Positions 51,348 through 61,000 of a stretch of DNA of 64,000 nucleotides are shown in pieces (position 1 is the stretch's first letter; every line of letters begins with the position of its first letter). The position numbers and the translations under genes were made by a program. The stretch is from a virus (Duplodnaviria > Caudoviricetes). The notes under the pieces were generated by a model. The model was given only the letters and a program-made list of their open reading frames with translations, searched no databases and was not told the origin of the DNA. The stretch is taken from the IMG/VR virus record IMGVR_UViG_3300025580_000012, positions 7,475 to 71,474 of that record, one strand, 5' to 3'.

Positions 51348-53581
51348 TGGCGGGGTCGGCCAAGAAGAAGGAAGCGATCGACCTTCAGGGGTCGCTCGCC
51401 TTCCTGGCGCGTGGTGGCCGCGAGCTACCCGCCGACCCACCTGTCTACGACCTCCCCCGGGCCGCCAACTTGATCGAGTGGACGACGGATCCCCGGTTCC
51501 TCGACTTCTCGTTGGCGTTCGGTCACTGGGGCCAGTACCAGTTCCTCCGCGACATCGCCCAGCTCCGCTGCCCCATCTGCAACCCGTTCGACAAGGACTC
51601 GGAGGGTCCAGGTCGCTGCTGGGGGAAGACGCGCATGGAGCTGGAGGGGGAGGTGTTGCTGGAGTGGTCGGCCGACATCAACGGGGACGTCTGCCCGAAG
51701 TGCCGGGGGACGCGCGACGAGTTCGTGCGGGACGGCCTCCTCTACGACTACAACACGGCGATCGTGTGCGTGGGGGCTCGCGCGGGCAAGTCGGCGACGG
51801 CTGGTGTGCTGGCCACCTACCTGGAGCACGTCGTCTACTCGATCGCCCAGTTCGACCGTGACCGCCTCGCCCGTCAGCTCGGCCAGGCGCCCGGCACCCG
51901 GTTCGACATCGCGTTCGTCGCGTCAACGGGCAAGCAGGCTGAGAAAACGATCTGGGACTGGTACACGAATTTCCGGGAGCGTGGCCCCTGGATCCGCCGG
52001 TACGTCAAGCGGGTCAAGGAGCTGGAGGCCGCCCAACCGCGCATCGGGCTCAAGCGCTGGGAGTACAGCGAGGAAGGCAAGACGGCCATCCGCAACGGCC
52101 TCATCCGCGTCGAACTCGACAGCCTGACGAGCAACTCGGGCGGTATGGCAGGCGCGACCCGCTTGGCCGCCTTCGTCGACGAGTTGGCCCGGTTCGATCT
52201 CACCGAGTCGAAGCGGGGGGCCGACGAGGTCTGGCGGGTCTTGTCCATGTCGCTCAAGACGATCCGGCGGGCTGCATCGCTCTCGGCCGGCGCCTTCCCT
52301 CCCTACCTGTTCGGCATGAAGATCGCGACCTCTTCGCCCATGTCCGGCGACGACAAGATGATGTCGCTCCTGTCCAAGCAGGACGTCCTCGACCGCATGC
52401 TCGCCCTCCACCTGGCCACCTGGGAGTTCAACCCCTTCATGCCCCGGGAAGCGTTCGCCGAGGAGTACGCCGAGGACCCCATCCAGGCCGAGCGCGATTT
52501 CGGGGCCAACCCGCCTCTCACGGAGACCCCCCTCATCGAGGACGTCCCCCGGTTCGCCAAGTCGATCGAGCCGTCCCTGTCGCCTACCACGCTGTTCCGC
52601 ACGATCTACCCGGAGGATGCGCTGGGCCGCCAGTACATCGGCATCGAGTTCGAGGACTCGATCATCTCGCCCGAGATGCCCCGGTTCGTCTGCTTCGACG
52701 CGGGCGCTTCGTTCGACTCGTTTGCGGGGGCGATGGCGCATCCCGCGTGGGTGGAGATCGCGCCCGACCCGAACGACCAGGAGGCGAAGGGGCGGCCGCG
52801 CCGCATCCTGGTCGTCGTGTACGACTGGATCGCCCGCATCCTCCCGACCGAGCGGCCCAAGAGGACGGTTTGGTTCGACTCGGTCGTCAAGATGGTCGAG
52901 CGGATCAAGGACTGCTTCCGCCTCACCCAGGTCTGCTTCGACCGCTGGCAGTCCGAGGCGCTCATCCAGGACATCCGGGCGTTCGGCGTCCAGTCCGAAC
53001 AAGCCAGCATCGTCGCCAAAGACTTCGTCGCGTTCAAGTCGGAGTGTTACGGGGGCAAAGTCAAGCTCCTCCCGCCCGCCCGCCTGTCGGATGGCCGCTA
53101 CGAGCTGGAGTTCACGCAAACGGGCCAACTCGTCATGAACCGGACGCCGATCGAAATGTCGGCCGCGGGGGTCGGGATCTACGAGCTGGTCAAGCTGTCG
53201 CGGGACGAATCGCTCAAGAAGGTGTTCAACCCGATGAAGGGGAAGAAGCGGGGGTACGATTCCGACGACGTCGCCCAGGTGATCGTCGGGGTCCATCGGA
53301 TGATCCACCAGGCGTTCGCCGACGACCCTGCCAAGACGGGCCAAAAGGATCGGCTCCGCCGCGAGCAGATGGGGGGCGAGCAGTGGGGCGGGGGTGGCAT
53401 CGCCCACACGATGTCGGGCTGGGCGGTCCAGTCGCCCGGCCGTCCCGCCGGGTCATTCCAGTCGAAGCGGGGCGGCATGCCGGGATACACGAAGGGCGAC
53501 ACGTTCATCACGCCGGACGGCCAGGCGAGCGGTCCCCATCAGTTCGCTGAGCGGGGCATCATCCGGATGAAGAGGTGGTAG
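51347..53581 (+). CDS. terL: Terminase large subunit
   Basis: Walker A VGARAGKS; Walker B AAFVDE; coupling motif ATSSP; nuclease CFDAGASFDSF, DRWQS, DSDDVAQ. Confidence 0.9.
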   Translation: MAGSAKKKEAIDLQGSLAFLARGGRELPADPPVYDLPRAANLIEWTTDPRFLDFSLAFGHWGQYQFLRDIAQLRCPICNPFDKDSEGPGRCWGKTRMELEGEVLLEWSADINGDVCPKCRGTRDEFVRDGLLYDYNTAIVCVGARAGKSATAGVLATYLEHVVYSIAQFDRDRLARQLGQAPGTRFDIAFVASTGKQAEKTIWDWYTNFRERGPWIRRYVKRVKELEAAQPRIGLKRWEYSEEGKTAIRNGLIRVELDSLTSNSGGMAGATRLAAFVDELARFDLTESKRGADEVWRVLSMSLKTIRRAASLSAGAFPPYLFGMKIATSSPMSGDDKMMSLLSKQDVLDRMLALHLATWEFNPFMPREAFAEEYAEDPIQAERDFGANPPLTETPLIEDVPRFAKSIEPSLSPTTLFRTIYPEDALGRQYIGIEFEDSIISPEMPRFVCFDAGASFDSFAGAMAHPAWVEIAPDPNDQEAKGRPRRILVVVYDWIARILPTERPKRTVWFDSVVKMVERIKDCFRLTQVCFDRWQSEALIQDIRAFGVQSEQASIVAKDFVAFKSECYGGKVKLLPPARLSDGRYELEFTQTGQLVMNRTPIEMSAAGVGIYELVKLSRDESLKKVFNPMKGKKRGYDSDDVAQVIVGVHRMIHQAFADDPAKTGQKDRLRREQMGGEQWGGGGIAHTMSGWAVQSPGRPAGSFQSKRGGMPGYTKGDTFITPDGQASGPHQFAERGIIRMKRW

Positions 53582-53590
53582 GAGGACGCG

Positions 53591-56164
53591 ATGGATAGGC
53601 TGCTCGGCTTGGTTGGTGTGGCGGACGTGGGCGGCACCCCCGTCCACGTCCAGGTGGTTGGCGAGACGGATGCGGGTCGCCTGCTGGTCCAGCGGGTCGG
53701 CCGGCAAGAGCCCGTCACCCTCATCGAGCGGACCGCATTCGTCGCCGAGCTGGCCATCGCGCCCGAACCCCTCAGCGACGGCGTCAGGAGCGCCGCCCTC
53801 GACCTCAGCCAGGCGATCGAGCGGGCCAAGGCGATGGCGGGCACGGACCACCTGCTCGACCAGGAGGACTACCAGATCCTCCACGACGAGCTGGAGGAGA
53901 CGGACCAGTACCCGTTCGCCGCCGCGCTCGTCGAGCATGGCGTGCAGGTCAGGACCGGGGGCCGCCAGGCCGTCCAGGACGTCGTGACCGACCCGCACGG
54001 CGAGGCGGACGGGCTCGCTCTCCACCCCGAGCCCTGGGCGTCGCCCGGGGGCGCCGGGGAAGCGGCGGGCGCAGGAATGGACGGGCAGGACGCCCCCGCG
54101 TTCGCCCCGTGGGATCCGGGCGGCCAGGGGGACGGCATCTCGAACGAAGAGGCCCACACGGAGCACGAGTTCCCGGGCGTCAGGACGCTCGCCCAGCGGG
54201 ACTACGGGCAGGCGTCGAACGCGACCAACGAGACGATGCCATCCCACATCTGGACCCATGAAGTCTCGATGGCGGCGATTCATGCGGGTGTGCCGGCTGC
54301 GTTCGTCGACAAGATGCGCGATCGAATCTCTCGGGCGTATGGGGCGGGTGAGGCCGTATGGATGGTGGCGGACGAACTGGTCTTCCGTTGGCAGCGATCT
54401 GAGATCGAAGACCGCTCCGACCACGAGATGGACTTCTTGCGGCAAACGCATCCGAAGGAAGGGGTGCGCGGCCGGTCCGCCCAGTTCCAGCCCGGCCAGG
54501 TCATCTGCCAGGATTGCGGCAAGACCTTCGACCAGGCCGACGCGGTGGTGCCGGGCCATTGCCCCGCGTGTGCCGACCACGACTACCCGTTCGTCGAGGA
54601 CGCTCGCAAGCGCGGACAGGTCAATCGCCTGACCGTCGACCCCGAGGATCTCGCCGCCGACTACAAGGCGCGGGGGTTGGAGCGGACACGCGCGTGGGGC
54701 GAGTTCGTCAAGGACCGGGCCCTTCAGCCCGAGATGGACGCCAAGCAGTTCTACGCCATCTTCGACCAGGTCTCGCCTGCCCGCCTGCCCGGCCCCTCGT
54801 ACGAGACGGCCGCCGACTTCCAGGCCACCCACCTCGACACCCTGACGGACACGAAGGTGCAGATCACTCCCACGGACTTCGGCCACAAGCTCGTGTGGGA
54901 AGGGGGGATGACGGGGTCGAACCCTGGGCCCCTTGACGAGGGCCGGTTCAAGCCGATCGCGCGCAAGCGCGCCGGTCACCCGGCCGTCGACCAGGCCCGC
55001 CGCATCTTCCAGGTCGAGCTGGCCGGCGCCGAGGAGCAGCTTGGCCTCGGCCTCGACCACGAGGTGCGGACGGGTGGGACGGAGAACGTCGAAGAGGTCT
55101 GCTTCGAGTGCGGGGTGCCGTGGAACCCGGCCAGCGGTTTCGTGGCGGGCCCGCAGGACACCCCGTTCTGCAAGGGGTGCTCGGATGCGGCAGCCCGGTG
55201 GGTAGAGCGGTGGACCCAATCGAAGGGGCGGCGTAAGGGTCCCCCCTACTTCTACGATCACAACACCCCCGTCGACACCACCGACTTGCCCCTTGATGAC
55301 GGCAAGGAAGCGGCGGAGCCCTGCAAGGAATACTGCGGCGAGCCCGACTGCCCGGCCCTTGACCTCCCCGACCACGAAGCCGAGATGGGGTGGTCGGGCT
55401 CCGAGTTGGTCGACGAGCGGTGGGCGTCCGTCTCCATGATGGACATCGCGAAGCACCCGCTCGGCCGCCCCCACCACGACCTGGAGAAGGACTCGGATCT
55501 CGGGACGCCATCGGGCCGGGAGCGCGGCCTCAACCCCTCGGTCCACGAGCAGGCCAACCAGGCGTACGGGTCGGACAACCAGTTCGAGGATGCCGACCTC
55601 CACATGGGTCGGGTGCGTACGCCCGGCCGCCTCAACCTGTCCGACTACTTCGGGCCGGTCGGCAAGTGCCTGGCGTGCGGGGCGATGGCGACCAAGGAAG
55701 CGTTCAAGATGGTGGACGGCTGGGAACGGTGCCCGGCATGCCGGAGCGACCGGGTCGGCTTCATCGATGCGGGCAAGGGGATGCGTGACCTCGTCGCCGG
55801 TGAGGCGGACGCGTACGAGACGGCCCCGCCGCTGTCCAAGGGGGACGGGGAGGGCGTGTTCGACGACCAGCCTGACGGAGTCACGATTCAGCCGCACGCG
55901 AGCGCGGGGCGGTCGGCCCAGGGGATCGGCATCTCGGGTGACGCGTTCGAGGACCCGGGCGCCGGTGAACCGCTCGACCCCCACGACGAAGACGCCGCCC
56001 CCGACCCCAAGGACTTCGGCGTGATGGTGTCGATGCGGCAGCTCGCCCAGGGGGTCGACAACCGCTCGTCCGACCCGAACGTCCAGACCGATGTAGACGA
56101 GCAGCAGGGCGACCGGGGGATCGCCCGTCCGCCGGCCGTCGAGGACGTCCGGTACCCGAGGTGA
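53591..56164 (+). CDS. Mosaic acidic virion protein with Zn-finger modules
   Basis: RBS GGAGG; RSAQ x2; CQDC..CPAC, CFEC..CKGC, CLAC..CPAC. Confidence 0.78.
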   Translation: MDRLLGLVGVADVGGTPVHVQVVGETDAGRLLVQRVGRQEPVTLIERTAFVAELAIAPEPLSDGVRSAALDLSQAIERAKAMAGTDHLLDQEDYQILHDELEETDQYPFAAALVEHGVQVRTGGRQAVQDVVTDPHGEADGLALHPEPWASPGGAGEAAGAGMDGQDAPAFAPWDPGGQGDGISNEEAHTEHEFPGVRTLAQRDYGQASNATNETMPSHIWTHEVSMAAIHAGVPAAFVDKMRDRISRAYGAGEAVWMVADELVFRWQRSEIEDRSDHEMDFLRQTHPKEGVRGRSAQFQPGQVICQDCGKTFDQADAVVPGHCPACADHDYPFVEDARKRGQVNRLTVDPEDLAADYKARGLERTRAWGEFVKDRALQPEMDAKQFYAIFDQVSPARLPGPSYETAADFQATHLDTLTDTKVQITPTDFGHKLVWEGGMTGSNPGPLDEGRFKPIARKRAGHPAVDQARRIFQVELAGAEEQLGLGLDHEVRTGGTENVEEVCFECGVPWNPASGFVAGPQDTPFCKGCSDAAARWVERWTQSKGRRKGPPYFYDHNTPVDTTDLPLDDGKEAAEPCKEYCGEPDCPALDLPDHEAEMGWSGSELVDERWASVSMMDIAKHPLGRPHHDLEKDSDLGTPSGRERGLNPSVHEQANQAYGSDNQFEDADLHMGRVRTPGRLNLSDYFGPVGKCLACGAMATKEAFKMVDGWERCPACRSDRVGFIDAGKGMRDLVAGEADAYETAPPLSKGDGEGVFDDQPDGVTIQPHASAGRSAQGIGISGDAFEDPGAGEPLDPHDEDAAPDPKDFGVMVSMRQLAQGVDNRSSDPNVQTDVDEQQGDRGIARPPAVEDVRYPR

Positions 56165-56169
56165 AGGTC

Positions 56170-56313
56170 ATGACGATGCAGAGGGTCGACTACATCCTGT
56201 TCGTCCTGCTTGGCGCCTTGGTCGTCGTATCGGCCCTCGGTTCCATCCGGATCGCGAATGCGGTATACGAGTTGGCCGAACGGACCATCTTGGTCCAGTG
56301 CGAGTGTCCATGA
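56170..56313 (+). CDS. Small single-pass membrane protein (47 aa; below the ORF-track cutoff)
   Basis: MTMQRVDYILFVLLGALVVVSALGSIRIANAVYELAERTILVQCECP; ATGA overlap with the next gene. Confidence 0.55.
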   Translation: MTMQRVDYILFVLLGALVVVSALGSIRIANAVYELAERTILVQCECP

Positions 56314-56702
56314 TGGAAGACAAGAAGAAGCAGTGGACGCAGGCGGGGGTGATCCGCGGCTCGGCTCATCCTGGCAGCAAGGCGGTCTCCGCCATCCAGG
56401 TATCGATCGCGCAGGTGGGCGACGGGACCAGGTTCTCGTTTGGGGTTGGGATCGAGCAGGACGGCCAGTTCCAGCCCCGCGCATTCATTCCGGGCATGCG
56501 GATCGACGAGTACATCAGCCTTCTCGTCGAGGCTCGCGCCACCGTCCTCAAGAGCATCATGCTCATCAAGCTCGAAGATATGGGCCGTGCGCTGGCCCCC
56601 GAGGAGTCAGTCCCCAAGAGCCCGGCCAACCCGTTGCCCGTCAAGGCCGCTCCCTTGAAGGCAACGCTTGGCGACATGCTGCGCGCGAAAGGCGGTGGGT
56701 GA
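56310..56702 (+). CDS. Hypothetical protein
   Basis: Overlap-coupled ORF. Confidence 0.6.
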   Translation: MMEDKKKQWTQAGVIRGSAHPGSKAVSAIQVSIAQVGDGTRFSFGVGIEQDGQFQPRAFIPGMRIDEYISLLVEARATVLKSIMLIKLEDMGRALAPEESVPKSPANPLPVKAAPLKATLGDMLRAKGGG

Positions 56703-57130
56703 TGGAAGAGTACGGAGATGCCTGGGGAGTGGAAGGGCCACCTGGCAACCTGTTTCGCATCAACAGCCGGTCCAGCATGGTCGAGTTGATCGCGGCCGCT
56801 GCCCACATGAGCAACCGTGGGTACTGTGAGGCACTCGGCGACTTCTCGCAGCCGACCTGGGAGGACGCGCCCGAGTGGCAGCGGGACTCCGCGCGCAACG
56901 GCGTCAAGGCCGTCATCGCCAACCCAACCCAGACGCCCGCCCAGTCGCACGAGGGCTGGTTGGCCCAGAAGGAGGCGGAGGGCTGGAAGTGGGGGCCGAC
57001 CAAGGACCCCGAGGCCAAGACCCACCCCTGTTTCCGCCCGTACGACGAACTCCCCACCGACCAGCGCCACAAGGACTACGCCTTCCTCGCGACCGTCCGG
57101 TCGATGCTGCGGGCGTTCGGGGTGCTGTGA
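56702..57130 (+). CDS. RyR (ryanodine-receptor) domain protein
   Basis: SHEGWLAQKEAEGWKWGPTKDPEAKTHPCFRPYDELPTDQRHKD. Confidence 0.88.
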   Translation: MEEYGDAWGVEGPPGNLFRINSRSSMVELIAAAAHMSNRGYCEALGDFSQPTWEDAPEWQRDSARNGVKAVIANPTQTPAQSHEGWLAQKEAEGWKWGPTKDPEAKTHPCFRPYDELPTDQRHKDYAFLATVRSMLRAFGVL

Positions 57131-57303
57131 TGGATCAGAAGGAAGCCGACGAGTACATGAAGATGTTGGCCACGGCGATCGACCTGAACGGGGAAGAGTT
57201 CCTCGGTCGGTTCGTCGAGTTCGTCTTGGCCTACCGGGTGACGAAGACGGCCAAGATCATCTTGGCGGGGCAGGCCGCAAGGGAGAAGCAGGATGGCCGG
57301 TAG
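57130..57303 (+). CDS. Small hypothetical protein
   Basis: TGATG overlap. Confidence 0.55.
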   Translation: MDQKEADEYMKMLATAIDLNGEEFLGRFVEFVLAYRVTKTAKIILAGQAAREKQDGR

Positions 57304-57499
57304 AGCCGAGATCCTCGCCAAGCTGGAGGCGGCCTGTACGGCCGGCGATCACGCGAAGGTCCGGCGGCTCGCCGAGAAGCTCCGCTACCGGGCCGGATGG
57401 ATCCCGGGGCCCGCGTGGCGCGACCGTCTCGCCCTTGCAGGCGTCGAGCCTTGGTGGGGTGGGACGAAGACGGACGAAGAAGTAGGAGCCTGCGGATGA
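57293..57499 (+). CDS. Small hypothetical protein
   Basis: Overlap-coupled ORF. Confidence 0.5.
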   Translation: MAGRAEILAKLEAACTAGDHAKVRRLAEKLRYRAGWIPGPAWRDRLALAGVEPWWGGTKTDEEVGACG

Positions 57500-58077
57500 G
57501 AGCCGCCCTCTACCTCACGAGCTTGTCGGCCGACCTACTTGGGTGGCTGGCCGTCCTGATCATCTGGGCGTTGTGGGGCGAGGGACTCCGCTGGGAGCAC
57601 GACGCGCTCGTCTGCCAGCTCAAGCGAGCGTCGTGGCCGGTCTCGAAGGACAAGTGGTTGGGGGGCTGGTACCTCCGGCGCGATCAGTCGGGCAACCTCA
57701 AGCCGTGGGGCGGCACGACCCTCTCGCCCCACGCCATCTTCTACGGCCCCCATCGCGACATGGTCAACTTGGTGGAGGAGTGGTCACCCTCCCAGCACCA
57801 CGAGCACACCCACACTAAGCAGGGGGAGGTCTGGCAGGTTGCCTCGTTCGTGGTGGGGGTCGTGTTCGTCCTGCATGGCCATCCCATCACGGGCGCGATC
57901 GTCTGGACGCTCGGTTACACCTGCATGGGGGCATCCGGGTGGACGTCCGCGTGGCTTCGGGGCCTCCCGGCCTACCGGGGCTCCGTCCATGAGGAGCACG
58001 CCTACCTTGTCACCGAGCGGGAACTGGGCATCCTGGCGGCGGCCAGACGGCTTCGCGAGCGAGAGGGCGGCTCATGA
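57496..58077 (+). CDS. Membrane protein with HExxH-like motif
   Basis: Hydrophobic segments at the N-terminus and after HHEHTHTKQ; second HEEH near the C-terminus. Confidence 0.62.
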   Translation: MRAALYLTSLSADLLGWLAVLIIWALWGEGLRWEHDALVCQLKRASWPVSKDKWLGGWYLRRDQSGNLKPWGGTTLSPHAIFYGPHRDMVNLVEEWSPSQHHEHTHTKQGEVWQVASFVVGVVFVLHGHPITGAIVWTLGYTCMGASGWTSAWLRGLPAYRGSVHEEHAYLVTERELGILAAARRLREREGGS

Positions 58078-61000
58078 AAGTTCTCCTTCGGAACGTGTCG
58101 AACCGGACCCTCTCGATCGACATCACCATCACGCCTGGCATGGGACCGGGTGCCCGTTACATCCGCGCGTCCCTTACGCCCCAGCAAGTCATCGACATCG
58201 GCGACGCCATCGAGCTGGACGAACTGAACCGCAACGCCGACATCCGTGCGCTCCGCAACTCGGGGCTTGTGACGATCACGACCATCCGGGAGCCCGGCGA
58301 TGCGGTCGACTCGATCGTCCCGCAGGTCGGCGACACCGACGGGTCCGGCATCGTCCACGTGTACTGCTCGCTGGCCGGCAACGACACGACCGGCACGGGC
58401 GAGTCGACTGCTCCGTACCGAACCCTCCAGTTGGCGGTCGATCGGGTCATCGAGTGGCTGTTGTATGGGTCGACCGGCGACATCGTCTTGCATGCGGGTG
58501 CCGGCACCTTCGCGGAGGCCCTCACCTTCTCGGTCCCTCGACTGGCCCACCGGGTCGTGATCGAAGGGGATCGGGCCGGCATGACCGTGTTGGCGAGCGG
58601 GACCACGACAGCCGCCTCCACCACCCTCATCACGGATGCGGGCGCGTCGTTCGGGGTCGCCCAAGAGCTGTCCTGTTACCCGGCGGCCGTGTGGGACCCG
58701 GCTGACGAGGCCGGCACCAAGCAGTGGACGACGGTCAGGTGGCACAACGGGACCGCATGGGAGCCGGCCATCCCGTTCCTCGGGGGCAGCCCGATGGTTG
58801 GCTGGCGGTACGCGGTCTACCGGCCTGTCACCAGGGTCGCACCCGCATCTGACCTGCATCCTGCCTTGCGCCTGAACCTACCGACATCCTTCAACGCGTT
58901 CTCCGGGGCAGCCCTGGGGGTTGGGGGCGCCGGCGTCATCTTCAGGTGGATCGAGTTCGAGCGGGACGCCCCTATCTCCAACCCGTATGAGCCGGTCGTC
59001 CTAGTTGCCGGCGGACCCGCCCAGTTCCAGGGGTGCGTTGTGCGGGGCGCGGCACTCGGCATGAACATCGCGGCCGGCGACGTCGCGATGTCGGGGGTCT
59101 ACTCGTGGGAAGAGGCGGACCCGCTCTTCGGTTTGCCCGCTCCTTTCAACTTCAACGAGTACGGGTGTGGCTGTGGGTTCATCGTCAATGCAGGCGGCTA
59201 CATGGGGGTCTACAGCCAGCAGTCCACGCTGGCCGCCACCTTCGTGATCAGATCGACGACGCACGGATGCTGGGTGGAGGGCGGGTTCGCCCAGGTGGGA
59301 GGCGCCATCCACAACGGTGACATCAATGCCTCCTGGGGGGCGGTCGTTCGCATCTATCCGCTCTACACCCACCCGATGCGAATCAGCGACGACCACCAAG
59401 GGTGCATCACGGCGGACTCAGATGGCATCGTCGAGGTCTTCTCCGCCATCCTGGAGTCGGTCTCGCGGAGTGGTATCCAGTCGTTCAACAACGCCATCAT
59501 CAACATCTTCGACCTCGTGACGGTTGGGCCGGGGGGGATCGGCCGGTGGGGGATCGATTGCCGGGATGGGGGCCGCGTCAACATCTCGGAGGAGACGATG
59601 GCGTCTCCGTTCTCCGGGACGCTTGGGGGCATTGCGGTCGACGGCAACGACCACACCTGGGCGGATGTGCTGGCTAGGAGTCCGCTGGTTGGTTCGCGGT
59701 CGGGCGCGACCGTGAGCCACGCGGTCGACGTAGAGGAGACGCCGCCATACGCCGAGTTCCCAGTGGACGCGAACGGAATCCACCGGATCTACGTGAACGG
59801 GGCGACCGGCAGCGATCTGAATGATGGGACATCGACCAGGCCGGTCGCGACCGTCCAGCATGCGTGCAGCCGGGTCGAGGCGTTCCTGCGGGCAGGTCCG
59901 CCCGACCGCGACATCGTCGTCCACATCGCCAACGGCCACTACACTGGCCTGACCGACTTCCGCCCGCCTGTCCCGCCCCGACGCCGGGTCGTGTTCATGG
60001 GGGACGACACCGCCATGACGGTCACGGAGTCCGGCACCGTGACGGCCGGCTCCACCTACACCCTTCAGGACAACACGCAGGCGTGGACCGTCAACCAGTG
60101 GGCCGGCCAGTGGTGCCGGGTCAAGACGGCGGGCGGCACCGAGCTGGCGCTCGTGCAGATCCGGAGCAACACGGCCGACACCCTCACGTACACGTCGGAG
60201 CTGTCGTTCCCGACCGTCGCGGCCATGACGTACGACGTCGTCGTCCCCGCCGTCTTGATCGACGGGTTCCGCGCGGTCCTCCCGTGGGTCGGGAGCAACG
60301 GGGGTGGCCAGTTCACGTCGATCGATAGCCGACAGCCCCAACTCGACCTCGCCTACATCCAGTTCGGCCCGTGGCCCGGCACCTTCCCGAACCCCGACTA
60401 CGTGTTCTACGGGCTAGAGATCAAGGGGGGCGCGACCCTGATGACGGCCTGCCGGGTCCGTCACGGGACGCCCGCCCGCATGATCATCGAGGCCGGGCAG
60501 TTGTCGTTCGGTGGGCAAGCTCCGGTCGTCGACGACCCGGTCTACGGGATCACCGGGAACGACTGGGACGCCCGGTACTACGCGGGCGTCTGGCTCGACA
60601 AGGTCAGCGTGTTCACCAGCTCGATGCGACCGGGCTCTGGCGTGTTCGCGACCTCTGTGGTCGCGCACGACGGCGGCTTCTACATGTACAACGGGTTCTT
60701 CGAGTGGCTAGGGGGCGGGGCGCTGTATGGGGCCAGCTCGGTCGTCGCGCAAGACAGCGCCTCCTCCCTGTTCGTCTTCCAGCCTTACGACCCGCCCATT
60801 CTCGTGTCCGGGATCACAGGGACGTATGCGTTCCGCAGCAAGGCGCACGCGTCTGTCGGAATCGACGGGGTCGAGCTGGTGGGGCCGTTCACCGCGTACG
60901 CGCTCCTCTGCGACCAGAACGCGCACCTCGCGTTCCGAAACGTGACGGCCACGGGCGACATCCCGATCGGGGTCGGCTGTACGAGGGGCTCGTTGGTCGT

